DNA of 64,000 nucleotides from Desulfatiglandales bacterium (GTDB lineage Bacteria; Desulfobacterota; DSM-4660; Desulfatiglandales; HGW-15): NCBI GenBank assembly GCA_963667015.2, contig CAXXJJ010000001.1, positions 32,001 to 96,000 of the forward strand, read 5' to 3'. Shown piece by piece: positions 21,101 to 30,466 of this stretch (position 1 is its first letter; each line of letters starts with the position of its first letter). The notes under the pieces were generated by a model. It saw only the letters and a program-made list of their open reading frames with translations, ran no database searches and was not told where the DNA came from. The position numbers and the translations under genes were made by a program.

Positions 21101-21721
21101 CTCAAACATAGCACCAATTGCTTTCAATAAAGTTTTTGCTGAAAAGTCATCTGTTGAGCTATTCCAATTATACGCTGTCTTAAAAGCGTTTTCAGGGTTT
21201 GCTAAAAAGCTTACAAACTGTTCCCAGTCAATGGTTCGATTTAAATAACTTAATCTGAGAGGCTCATCACCGTTACTTTCTATGGCATCTTGCTCAACTT
21301 CATTAAATACGGATCCAAAACGCAATAATGCATATACTAAGGATGAACTATTTTTAACAATATTCCATATGATAGAATTTAATATTTGCTGAGGATATTC
21401 AGACCAAAATAAAGAGGTATTTAAAGGGGTTGGCCAACTTGTATCAGGATTGTGGTTAGTCATCAAACACGTTATTAGACCCGATGCTGCTATTGCCCTC
21501 TGAGTATCATCACCATTCATTTGCTCAAGAAAGGTAATTTCAGTCTCAAAGGCTTCATGTACTTTAATAAAACCTGTTTCGTCAATATTTGGATCTAACT
21601 CCCAGCCAAAATTTGAAAGGAAAAAACGAAAAGAATCTATATTTTCAAAAGAAACATAAAAAGAAGATGTGCTTTTTGCAAATGCATTTAATGCATCTGT
21701 TATGAACTTGATGTTTGACAT
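18173..21721 (-). CDS. DUF6603-like large beta-rich protein (~1182 aa)
   Basis: Gly-rich beta-hairpin repeats (FLPPKGAGLAIKAGLIEGGGFL...GISLGGFHPRF...YLALTSNSFQFGA...GFDALFYFSPF) recognised as DUF6603-like. Start at the TAATG overlap 21719-21723. Confidence 0.7.
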   Translation of the reverse strand: MSNIKFITDALNAFAKSTSSFYVSFENIDSFRFFLSNFGWELDPNIDETGFIKVHEAFETEITFLEQMNGDDTQRAIAASGLITCLMTNHNPDTSWPTPLNTSLFWSEYPQQILNSIIWNIVKNSSSLVYALLRFGSVFNEVEQDAIESNGDEPLRLSYLNRTIDWEQFVSFLANPENAFKTAYNWNSSTDDFSAKTLLKAIGAMFEMLPVASIVMDVPEDLYEKYYDNSLPTSPEKIEMLSIMPYILRDLNGDPLDLLKISLNAIPIPAEGTNTGPPFGIVIFPIVSGNVQTSYSLGDGITLFLNGNYASSPVNAKILPDSVSIELTGSSEDSLSASAIVEIENETSPWVIIGTSDGPRFEVSKAHVEAALTGTIQHPIFAIKAALDKATVVIDFSSSDGLLKKVFGDSPQCINAELTVGWSSQGGFHISGGAVLDLTIPVHKTLFDTIIIDCVKIKLGTDSEDFKTNFNAGIVACLKLGPITASINNVGIKLGFKPTSDGSGNIGIFDVSLGFLPPKGAGLAIKAGLIEGGGFLDFDNINKRYAGILQLKMGDIGLTAIGLITTKMPDGSDGFSMLVSIGVEFTPAIQLSFGFTLSAVGGLIGINRDMLVDVLRTEIRQHTMDSILFPVDPIRNAPTIISNLRAVFPPEDDRFVVGPMLRVGWGSPTIITAELGFFIALPSPVRIVILGLFSAAFPDEDLALIELHLDVFGAIDFEKKTLAIDACLYNSHVLAMSLSGDAALRLGWGDIPHFGISLGGFHPRFNRPPQFPPLRRLCLSIGSGNNPRLSCEVYLALTSNSFQFGALAELKAEACGCKVHGYLGFDALFYFSPFGFDVSIKAGISISFEGINLMAIRLYLQLAGTTPWHAEGEASFEILWWEIEVHFSKTWGRRDKKELPPVNPWNDFVAALERPESWGTTLPAGREMVESLRSVERAPDEDSNRAANGDGESQAEGTTPLLAHPAGTLEVRQKVLPLDIRLSRYGNAPIGGYHIYSIVPSGTGNNFIVDDLKDYFARGQFEKWSDKDKLSKPSYELLKNGIAFRPVSASFDNEKVQAYDLKYESEYIDDEYITRTADKPDKARLAGSMVRRLLKGAASRNSALRTGGLKKYQRNGIASNVSVFEEGYTIVRSIDMKAETEIEGNDGKMSRMAADQALEDAIKAKPALEQKIQIVPSYEVAA

Positions 21722-22719
21722 TACCAATTAATCTCCAACATACAATCTGTTATTGGTCTATTAGTAGTACTATCATCTGTTGTAATAGCAAAGTCAATTT
21801 CAAAGCCAGTTTTATATTTTATATTGATCTTATATTGCCACACTCTCACTGTTGCATCTGGATACCTATTGTGTTTAATAGTGCCAAAATTTGGTATATT
21901 AGTTTTTACAATTTCCTCTGTTGCATCATAAGCACTTATACCAGAAGCTCCTGACTCATCTTCTTCAAAAATTACTCCAGGAGGACGGGGATTCCATGGA
22001 GTCATCAAGGCATAACATCTTGGCATGTTATCGTCATTGAAAATATCCTGTATTTCACTTAACCAAGGGCCATCGATATCCATGGCACAATAGATACATG
22101 GTAAAAAAGCTTGTGTCTGCAGTTTGTTGCCCACCTCGCCTAGATAAGCAGGATAAGTCAATATAGTATCCGCCCATCCTTGCCAAAATTTTTTATGAAG
22201 TTTTGTCTGAGGTTCTACATCAAGAAACACAAATATTTTTTTTGCTATCGGAAGTCGATAATCTCCTCTTGTTGATCTTGGGCGTGACCACGGCCCCCAT
22301 TCTTTTAAACGAGTAACAATATTAAAACAAGTTGCCATTGCAGCCTTCTTTCCTTTTTCATAGATTTTTGTATTTGAAATTCTAATACCATCACGTGTTG
22401 TGCCAGCTTGTTCAAAAAAGTACACAAAGCCATTATTTACAAAATCACCATATATATTGACTTGTTTGTTGCTAGTCCAATACCCAGGTGGACTAAATGG
22501 GACTATGTACTGAAAATTATCAAAATTATTTTGTACCAAAGTTTTTAAATTACTTGGCACTTCACCAGTGACCCAATTATTGTCTGTTCTACCAAAATAC
22601 CTTCCAGCAAAAATTGGTTTCTGGTTCCATTTATTAAAAAATTCTATCCAATCTGTTGTCCGATCTGAAATATTGGATGGATCCACGATAGGATCTGCCA
22701 TATCAAAGCCAAGAGTCAT
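21721..22719 (-). CDS. Putative DUF1906/GH25-like glycoside hydrolase (possible peptidoglycan hydrolase), low GC
   Basis: Motif order GFD...FAGRYF...FLDVEP...CIYC...VWQY...IDFA fits the GH25-like TIM barrel. It has its own GGAGG RBS and AT-rich codons. Confidence 0.5.
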   Translation of the reverse strand: MTLGFDMADPIVDPSNISDRTTDWIEFFNKWNQKPIFAGRYFGRTDNNWVTGEVPSNLKTLVQNNFDNFQYIVPFSPPGYWTSNKQVNIYGDFVNNGFVYFFEQAGTTRDGIRISNTKIYEKGKKAAMATCFNIVTRLKEWGPWSRPRSTRGDYRLPIAKKIFVFLDVEPQTKLHKKFWQGWADTILTYPAYLGEVGNKLQTQAFLPCIYCAMDIDGPWLSEIQDIFNDDNMPRCYALMTPWNPRPPGVIFEEDESGASGISAYDATEEIVKTNIPNFGTIKHNRYPDATVRVWQYKINIKYKTGFEIDFAITTDDSTTNRPITDCMLEINW

Positions 22720-22855
22720 CTTATACCTCCATATTCATCGCCACAGTATTCATCACATTATAAATCTTACAATGATTCCAGCATCGAATGGTTAAAGATA
22801 ATTCTTTCTGGAAATATTAACCTTAAAATTACCAGCAATCATTTTATTATTTATC

Positions 22856-24871
22856 TCATATGCCATCTGTTCTGTTCTTCACAATATCAAACCTCAATCC
22901 ACTACTCCCTTCACCTCTACCAGTTATTACTTTTCTTCCTACCCATACATAAGTTTTTCCATCAACCCATCTAACCCGCTGACGGGTCATCTGAACCTTC
23001 TGGCCTGCACGAGGAACCGCCTCTTCATTAAGTCGCTCAAGCTCTCCCAAATCATTAACGGCAGACAGTAGTCGACTCATCGATTTAATTTCCACAGGGA
23101 TTTGATTTTCCTCATTGCGTACCATTCGGGCCTGACGCAGATACACTTCAGGACTGTCATGTGAGATGCTGACAGGAACAAAGGGAATCCAGTTGTCGGG
23201 TACTGTTGTAGAGAGGCGATACTTCGGTAAACCTGTTTCTTCCTCTGTTGTAGTATCGGGTTGCGGACCAAGACCTGCTGCGGCTATGTCTGCCTGTAAT
23301 TGTTTTATCTGCTCTTCCAGTTCTTTAACTTTTGTCTGCAACGATTCACGAGTTTGTACAATTAACTCATTTTGAACAGTCGCCTGCCCACCTAATTGCT
23401 GTAGCAACTGTTCTTTTAATCTCAACAGCCTTGCAAGTTTTTCTCGTAAATCTGCTTCCTGTTCTCTTGCGTGTAGTTCGCTCTGGGCATCAAATCCCTG
23501 GACTGGCTCTCCAAGGCCATTAGGAACAATGTGCTCAATTCCCCACACCATGTTAGCCATTTCATCCCTGATGAAATGCACATCCTCAAGAGGTGATGAT
23601 TCTTCGCCAAAGCGTACTGTAGGCGGAAGGTATAAAAAGTCACCCACTTCATTTGGCTTGTCCTGATAAGACATCCCGAATATCTGCCAGATCTCCCATG
23701 GATTTTCACTTGTGGATCTGGCAGGATGGATTTCGGTCGGCTGGCCGAATACATCAGTGACCGTGAGTTTTTCATCTCTGATCCTGGTGATGGTATTGGT
23801 CTTTGTTTGAATCGGAATGATAAACCAGTCATCACCATAGAGTATGGAAAAATTCATGATCATGAGTTTGGCAAGGTCTGTAGTGGCAGCTTCAACATTG
23901 CCGAAATCTACCTGGTTGTCTTCGAACGCCCACCACCTTGCATGGGGCATACCGGGAAAACTTACGCGGGTGGGTATGCGCTTGTGATTTTTTAATTCAG
24001 GGTTTATGCGGAGACTATTTTTTAGAATGCGAAATGTATACCAGTCCAATTCACCGTTACGGTAATGAGGAGCTATCAGGGTGGTCCTAATACCTTCAGC
24101 TTTGCTTGTATGCAGCTTAAAGGTGTATTCAAGATCTTCGTGCACCCAGGCTGGAGATTGAGAAGGAACAAGTGCCTCCAGGGGACCATAGATGGATACA
24201 TACCATTTAAGCAGCTTATCGATCGCGTGATTAACTACTGCCTCATCATCTCCCAGCCAGGTTGACCAACCGACTGGCAGTTGGATGTCTCCTTCTGTGG
24301 TATGTCCAATGGCTTTCATCAATTCTTTACCATTTATGGCACGGCCTGCAATGACAGACAGGAAACGTTGTGTTGCCCGGTCCATGCTTTCATAATCATC
24401 CGGACCAGGTTTGATTACTTTATATTTTTGACGAAGGTGATAAATGATATTGTTTACATCAATCCCGGTTTCAGAATTCAGTATTCTTTCAAGCTGCTGT
24501 CCGATTCTGACACTGGCTCGACAATCTAATTCTATGTACTCGCGTTCAACAAGCATCTCGAGAGGCGGTGAATTCTCATCCACCTTTATATTCACTCTAT
24601 TACTTCCGCCAAGTGCAGCATGGGTAATGTTTTGACTTATAGTGGTAAAATCGACATTTATGGGAGATCCTGTGTCCTCACCCTGAAACTCGCCGACCTG
24701 CCATTGCCGCGCTATCAACCAGAGCGGATCCGCACTTGCTGTTTTTAGTCCAGGGGCAAAGTTATTATTCCGACATCGAGGTTCAATGCGCCGCCAAAAT
24801 GGAATATAGGGAGCAGCTTGCTGCCCCATTTCAACCATCACCTCGGTAGTACTGTATCCCGGCATCAACAT
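22856..24871 (-). CDS. Large uncharacterised protein (671 aa) with internal coiled coil, second gene of the cassette
   Basis: WRRIEPR...ADPLWLIARQWQVGEFQGEDTGSP; RWWAFED; FIRDEMANMVWGIE; WVGRKVITGRGEGSSGLRFD. GGAG RBS upstream. Confidence 0.85.
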   Translation of the reverse strand: MLMPGYSTTEVMVEMGQQAAPYIPFWRRIEPRCRNNNFAPGLKTASADPLWLIARQWQVGEFQGEDTGSPINVDFTTISQNITHAALGGSNRVNIKVDENSPPLEMLVEREYIELDCRASVRIGQQLERILNSETGIDVNNIIYHLRQKYKVIKPGPDDYESMDRATQRFLSVIAGRAINGKELMKAIGHTTEGDIQLPVGWSTWLGDDEAVVNHAIDKLLKWYVSIYGPLEALVPSQSPAWVHEDLEYTFKLHTSKAEGIRTTLIAPHYRNGELDWYTFRILKNSLRINPELKNHKRIPTRVSFPGMPHARWWAFEDNQVDFGNVEAATTDLAKLMIMNFSILYGDDWFIIPIQTKTNTITRIRDEKLTVTDVFGQPTEIHPARSTSENPWEIWQIFGMSYQDKPNEVGDFLYLPPTVRFGEESSPLEDVHFIRDEMANMVWGIEHIVPNGLGEPVQGFDAQSELHAREQEADLREKLARLLRLKEQLLQQLGGQATVQNELIVQTRESLQTKVKELEEQIKQLQADIAAAGLGPQPDTTTEEETGLPKYRLSTTVPDNWIPFVPVSISHDSPEVYLRQARMVRNEENQIPVEIKSMSRLLSAVNDLGELERLNEEAVPRAGQKVQMTRQRVRWVDGKTYVWVGRKVITGRGEGSSGLRFDIVKNRTDGI

Positions 24872-24885
24872 TTTTTTTGGATCTC

Positions 24886-27800
24886 CTATGCTGGTTTAAT
24901 ATCCATTCGCCTGCGGTCTCTTTTTTTGAGTTCAGGCAAATCCGGCGATAGATACAGCGCCGGTAAAAAGTGCCCCACTTCACGCAGGGCATCCAGATCA
25001 ACGGTTCGTATTTTCATCAGGTCCATGGTATCAAGGACCGTTTCGAATAAATCAGATATGCGCCAATTGTCTTTTTTCTCGACATGCCAATGGCTCGGTA
25101 CAGCCAGCAGCATTGTCTGGGGTGCCTGTGAATTTGGCTGGTCATAATTAAAAGTGAGACCTGTAACCACTTCATTGTTTGGAATTCTTTCTTCCCACTG
25201 ATCAATCAAGATACCGCCGATATGCTTTTCAGGGTTTAACGAATCTGGGGCATGGATCACAATGGAGAGATATCCTTCCGGCGGATCTTTAAAATCCTGT
25301 TCCTCGTCCTGGTTATTCGAAATCTCATCTTTTGAGAGGGCAATCCAGTTATCATTCTCCCTGTATGGGAGTTGGGTTACATGAAGCGTCAGGGGCTGAT
25401 TTATAGAAAAAAGAATATCTGCTCCCTGGTCGCTGGCCATTACCTGGTTGACAGGATTGCTCCTCCAGGCATCCGCCATCATCGCTGCTGTTTCAAAACG
25501 CCTTAATGAGGGATGGGTCTCCGCTGCCTGCTGCAGCCACAGCCAGATTCTGTCGGAATTTGACGTGCCAGTTATGTCGGCATTAAATGCTTTTAAAAAT
25601 TCATCATTGTTTGGTATCTTAAACGTGGGCAAAACGGAAAAGGAACCGCCGAATATTTCTTTCATAGCTTCGCATAATTTTTGTATCCCTCGATCAAAAT
25701 CGAAATCTTTATACGGTTTGTCATCCTCAGGATCATCAGGTGGAACAGTCAGAGTTTCAAGTATATTTTCGGTCTTTTTTTCCTGTTTAATTACCTCTGT
25801 GAGAGTATTTTTGACACGGTTTTCAAGTAATGCATCTCCTATGGAAGAGGCAGGAATAGTCCCCTGTATGCCAAATTTATTTGCTCGATCCAGGGCATCA
25901 CACATAAGCCCAGGGGTAGCTGCATCGATCAAATCTTGTTTGACGGAATTGGTTGATCCATAGAGGCTGTTTTTTGCAGCACTCACACGTTGCCACATTT
26001 TCTCATAGTCTTCTTGAATAAAAACTCCTGTAAGAGTTGGCTCTTCCTCGGTAACATCCTCTCCGGTCCCCGCCTCCTCGGGAAGGCAAAGCATGGAAGG
26101 ATGCATATAAGTTGCATTTCCGATAATATCAAGCAGGCTGTGTGCAACCTCAAAGGATTCTGAAATTCTTCGAGGCAACTCCGATGCCGGTTCAATGCTT
26201 TGATTATCGATATAATCCAGATCGAGTTCCACTGCTACGTCTGCGCTCAGAGATTTATCCTGCCGAACCCTGTAGCGTATGAGCTGCTCAACTTAAGACT
26301 CTTCTCCACTTGGCGGAGTAGTTGCCATGTAAATAAAATCCAGAGGCGAGATACCGAGATCTCCAAGGCTGGTAACTACCTCCTGCGGTTCTAATCCAGA
26401 TAATTGTATTTTTGCCATGCATTTAATATCGGACAGGTTCCCGAGTACTCTTGAAGCCCAATCATTCAATAAAGGTTCGGCTTTTTCCCTTGAATCGATT
26501 ATTGACGGAACTGCCAGATCATTAAAAAGAACACTCATTCTGTGGCTATGGCTTATACAGCTTTGCGGTGTGCGCATACTCTGGATTTCCGGGATAGGGC
26601 CAGCGCCTGCAGCGGCATCGTGTATAGCGGCCATATGCTCATATTTACCCTGGGCTCCCTGGAACACTGATTCTGCAAAAAAGAGGTCATTCACGGCATC
26701 CAGGGCATTTACTAAAAGATCGAGCTCTGTTTCAAGATCGGGAACTAATTGAAGGTCCGACAATTGATCCGAAAGGGCTGCAAGCGTGCGGGAATCCTCA
26801 TTAAGTTCACGCCATTTGGAAGCAAGTTTAAGACCGTCGACAACGTCTCTTGCAGCGACATTTTCTGCAGATTCTCCATCAGCAAGCTCTGTTTCCTTTC
26901 CGGCCTGAATGGGAAAGGCCTTTCGAAACTCGTCCTTGCAGGAATCCAACCCGTGTTCATGAAGTCCCCGTTCGAACTGATACCCAAGCAAAGCACCCAG
27001 CATCTGTCCCTCGCGAACACCATTGATCAGTCTCAGGGCCAAACTGATGCGCTCAGAGGTTAAATTCAATTTTGCGGCTGCGGGAACTCCTTCTTCTGTA
27101 TAGGAGAGATAGGCGCTTCTTAACACGGCAGCAGCATTGGCCTGCGCAATGGAGGGAGCATGGATATACCCTCCTTCTGACACCAAAGCTCGGGAATTTT
27201 CTGACTGTATACTTGGCGGCAATCTGCCGGAAGATATGGCTTTGCTTTTAATTTCGGAGCCCTCTATTTTTTCTGTTTTAATCGGAACTTTGTCCAAAGC
27301 CCTGGATAGAATCGATGTTGTTTCCGCTTCACGTACCGACCGGTCTGAATCCGAAAGACGAGGGCGAAGATCCTCAACCCAGCCAAAGGCACCTATATAG
27401 AGACCTCTCTCACATTTATTATCCGCCTGGCGCATTGCTGCGAGACGCCGGGTAGACAGTGATGTTATATAGGCATCGAGTCGATGGGAGGACAGATCAA
27501 GACAATCGCGACAGAGCCTATGCGCTATTTCGTTATTATCTAATTTGTTAAGCGCATCAAGAGCATTATTGATTCTATCTATTTCTATATCCGCACGTAG
27601 GTATTCTGCAAGCCTCTTTCCCTGCGATATCAAGGCTGGGAAAATCCCTGCATCGTCGGAAGTTATTTCATCACTTTCTGACGATGAAACAAGTAAAGGC
27701 GCAGATGAAGTTGTAAGGAGCCATTGTATCAAACGGAGCAACATCGGCTTTGGTTTATTAATGTCTGGATTGGCTTCAATATTTGTAATTTCGTGCAGTA

Positions 27801-29604
27801 GAGCTGCATTTTCCTCAAGACCTTCCTGCCATACAGATTTCAGTTCTTCAATCCATGAATAGGCGGTCATATTCAAAATATCAAAAACGCTTTCCTGACC
27901 GAAAAAGAAAGGGGAAGAGAACCAGGCAAGCTGTTCCAGAAACTCATCAATAACAGCAAGTCGCAGGCCATGGGTTATGGCATTTGGCTCCATTGCCAGA
28001 ATTCGCAACAATTCCTGATCCGGATCATTTGTTTTGCCGGCACGTGGAACGGCTTCAGGGTCAGCAGCATATCCTTGGAATTTTGTATATAATTTTTTCA
28101 GAATACTTAAGATATAATCATCTATTCTGAGAAGTTTTTTACCTTCAGCAGGATCTTTTCCCAATGCAATCCAATCGGAAGAGGAACATTCCCATTTTGG
28201 GAATGTTGAAACCGGAAGTATACCATAGGGAAGATTACCGATACGAAGAGCAGAAAAAGGCCCCCTTGGGCGAACAAAATTGACATAATGTTCACGGAAT
28301 TGTGAAGCTTCTTTTAATGGTGACTGTCCTAAAGCCATGAGATAATCACCCCAGGTTCCGAACCATAATGTTTCCAGCATCTCAAGGGTATAGGAGTTCT
28401 CTTCGTTCCCGGCATTTTCAATATTCTTAAATATCGAATCTTTCTCCTTGTTATCAATACCCAGTGCCTTTGTCAGACAGAATGCATCACCCCTTTCTTT
28501 CTCTTTTGTATATTGTTCCTCGGTCTCTATACTATAAGAGTGATCCAGATCTCGCTTTGTTTTTGAGTGTCCTGCAGGGGTCTCGCAGGTGTTATTTGTG
28601 GGAGTCTTATATTTAAGAAATGAAATACCATCTGCGTAATGATGTGAGTTAATAAGTTCTTCAACCAGTTCAGCACCGCGTTCGGGATCAGCACTTGTTT
28701 TTACTCCTATTGCAATGACTTTTGAGAATCCATTGTTCAGATCTTCCTGGCTTAAATGATTTAATTTAACTTCAACAGCCATTCCATTTTTTAATGCTGA
28801 TTTAAAATCAACGACCCAGCGTGAAGCCTCGTCAAAAAGTTCATCGCCGGTTTTTTTTGTGGAAATATCCCAGAGCACCGGCAGTTCATCCGGAATTTGT
28901 TCTCCTGATCCTTCAGCAACGCATTCTTCACCTTGATATAGACGTACTATGAAGTAATCAGGCATCACACGTACTTTTGGTGTTTCAGGAGATGAAGCAG
29001 ATAAGTTTTCCCGATTATTATGTATCCAGGCTGCACGGGTTGGGCCGACTTCACCTGCGAGTGCAATCCATGCTTTTCGTAATTTTTCTATCTTCTCTTC
29101 TGTAGGAAGATCATCAGGTACTTTTAAGCGTTCAATATATAAATTCTTAGCGTCAGTTTCATCTTCTTGAAGCCCCGGACTATGGCTGTCTATGCTAATT
29201 TGATCCGGGTATATCCGCACACATAATTTTCTACTTCCCGGGTCACCCATAAACCGGGTTTCAAGACGTACAGGAAATAAAAGAATGGGGTAACGATCGG
29301 AAAGTTGAGGATGTGATTTTTCAATAGAAGGTTCCAATCCTTCGAGCTGCTTGCGTAATTGCTTAATGCTCTTATCAAGTTTTTTAAGTTCATTGAGTTT
29401 ATTTTCACGCTCGGAATAAAGCTCTTCAAGATGTTTTAAGGATTCTTCAGCATCCGCTTTTAGAAAGCCTGATCGACGCATGTTTTCTATTTTATTTTCA
29501 AGTAAACGGATCTCTGCGTATAATTCCTTAATTTCACTTTCAAGCGTTCGTTTAGCTTGTAATGCTTCCGAATATGCCTTATAGATTTCTTCAGATTTCT
29601 CCAT
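24886..29604 (-). pseudogene. Giant uncharacterised protein (~1572 codons) interrupted by one in-frame TAA at 26293-26295 (ORF-track 1103-aa and 448-aa ORFs)
   Basis: ...GAA GAG TCT TAA GTT GAG CAG CTC ATA... continues in frame into the 448-aa ORF. N-terminal coiled coil, PILLFPVRLETRF, GGYIHAPSIAQA, YDQPNSQAPQTMLLAVP. Confidence 0.75.
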
Positions 29605-29718
29605 ATGTCGTTATACCTTTGCCATCTTCTATTCTATTATTTGAACAGGGGCTAACACATGATTCTAATTTATTATGGTGCAATAAATCCATTCTCTTTT
29701 GTTAAAAATATTAACATG

Positions 29719-30000
29719 TTATGCTGGAAAGGGTGCGGTGGTGTGCTCTTGTGTTGATATAGATATAGCACCATGCTTTTTTTCATACTGATCAATTGTC
29801 TTTTGAAGAAGCTCTAAAAATGCCTTAGCATCTTCCGAACTGGTGATGATCCTGGTGTGAATATGCTCTTTTTCTTCATCCATGAAAGACTGTTCAAAAT
29901 CCAGCACGAACACGGATGATCGATAACCAACACGGAAACGATCAGCGTAACGTCCTTCGGGCTCTGCTGCCGGATTAGTTTTTGAGTCCTCCATATTCAT
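29719..30000 (-). CDS. DUF3467-like small protein, copy 2
   Basis: Paralog of 13912-14157 (shared VGYRSSVFVLDFEQSFMDEEKEHIHTRIITS). Confidence 0.75.
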   Translation of the reverse strand: MNMEDSKTNPAAEPEGRYADRFRVGYRSSVFVLDFEQSFMDEEKEHIHTRIITSSEDAKAFLELLQKTIDQYEKKHGAISISTQEHTTAPFPA

Positions 30001-30030
30001 CCAGTCCTTTTAGTTGTTTTCTACTACTTC

Positions 30031-30046
30031 AGCAAAAGAGGTGCCA
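30031..30046 (-). promoter_or_regulatory. Sigma-54 (-24/-12) promoter of the giant-gene cassette
   Basis: Minus strand TGGCACCTCTTTTGCT, identical to 14190-14205 although the neighbouring bases have diverged. Confidence 0.85.
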
Positions 30047-30082
30047 TGGCAGGATTCAGGGATGGATTAGTTTGTAACTGTG

Positions 30083-30466
30083 TGATATTGCGGTTGATAT
30101 GCGGTACTTTTTATTTAGGAAGGCTGTTTTTAGCACTGAAGATATAATGAAGCAAATGAACACATTTAACATTTTCAGGCGGGAAGATTTAAAAAATGAA
30201 GATTAATAAATATCTTCAGGAAAGGAATAAACCTAAATAAAACAACCATTTTTATATTCCGGATGTTTTGTATATGAAGGGATTTAAAGTGTAACTCATT
30301 AAGTGTACAGTATGATATTACAATAACACATTATCTTTCAGGGCTTCTGCTTTCTACAACATTGTACTCGAATATTTTTCTGTAAAGCGTTGTCCTGCTC
30401 CAGTTCAGCTTTTCTGCAGCTTTGCTTTTATTCCAGCTTGTTTCAAGCAGGGCAGATACCAGGCGT
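30083..30466. repeat. 384-bp perfect direct repeat, copy 2
   Basis: Identical to 14242-14625. Confidence 0.95.

Noticed and set aside
26293..26295. Recoding of the internal stop as Sec or Pyl
   Set aside because: The codon is TAA, which is not used for either.
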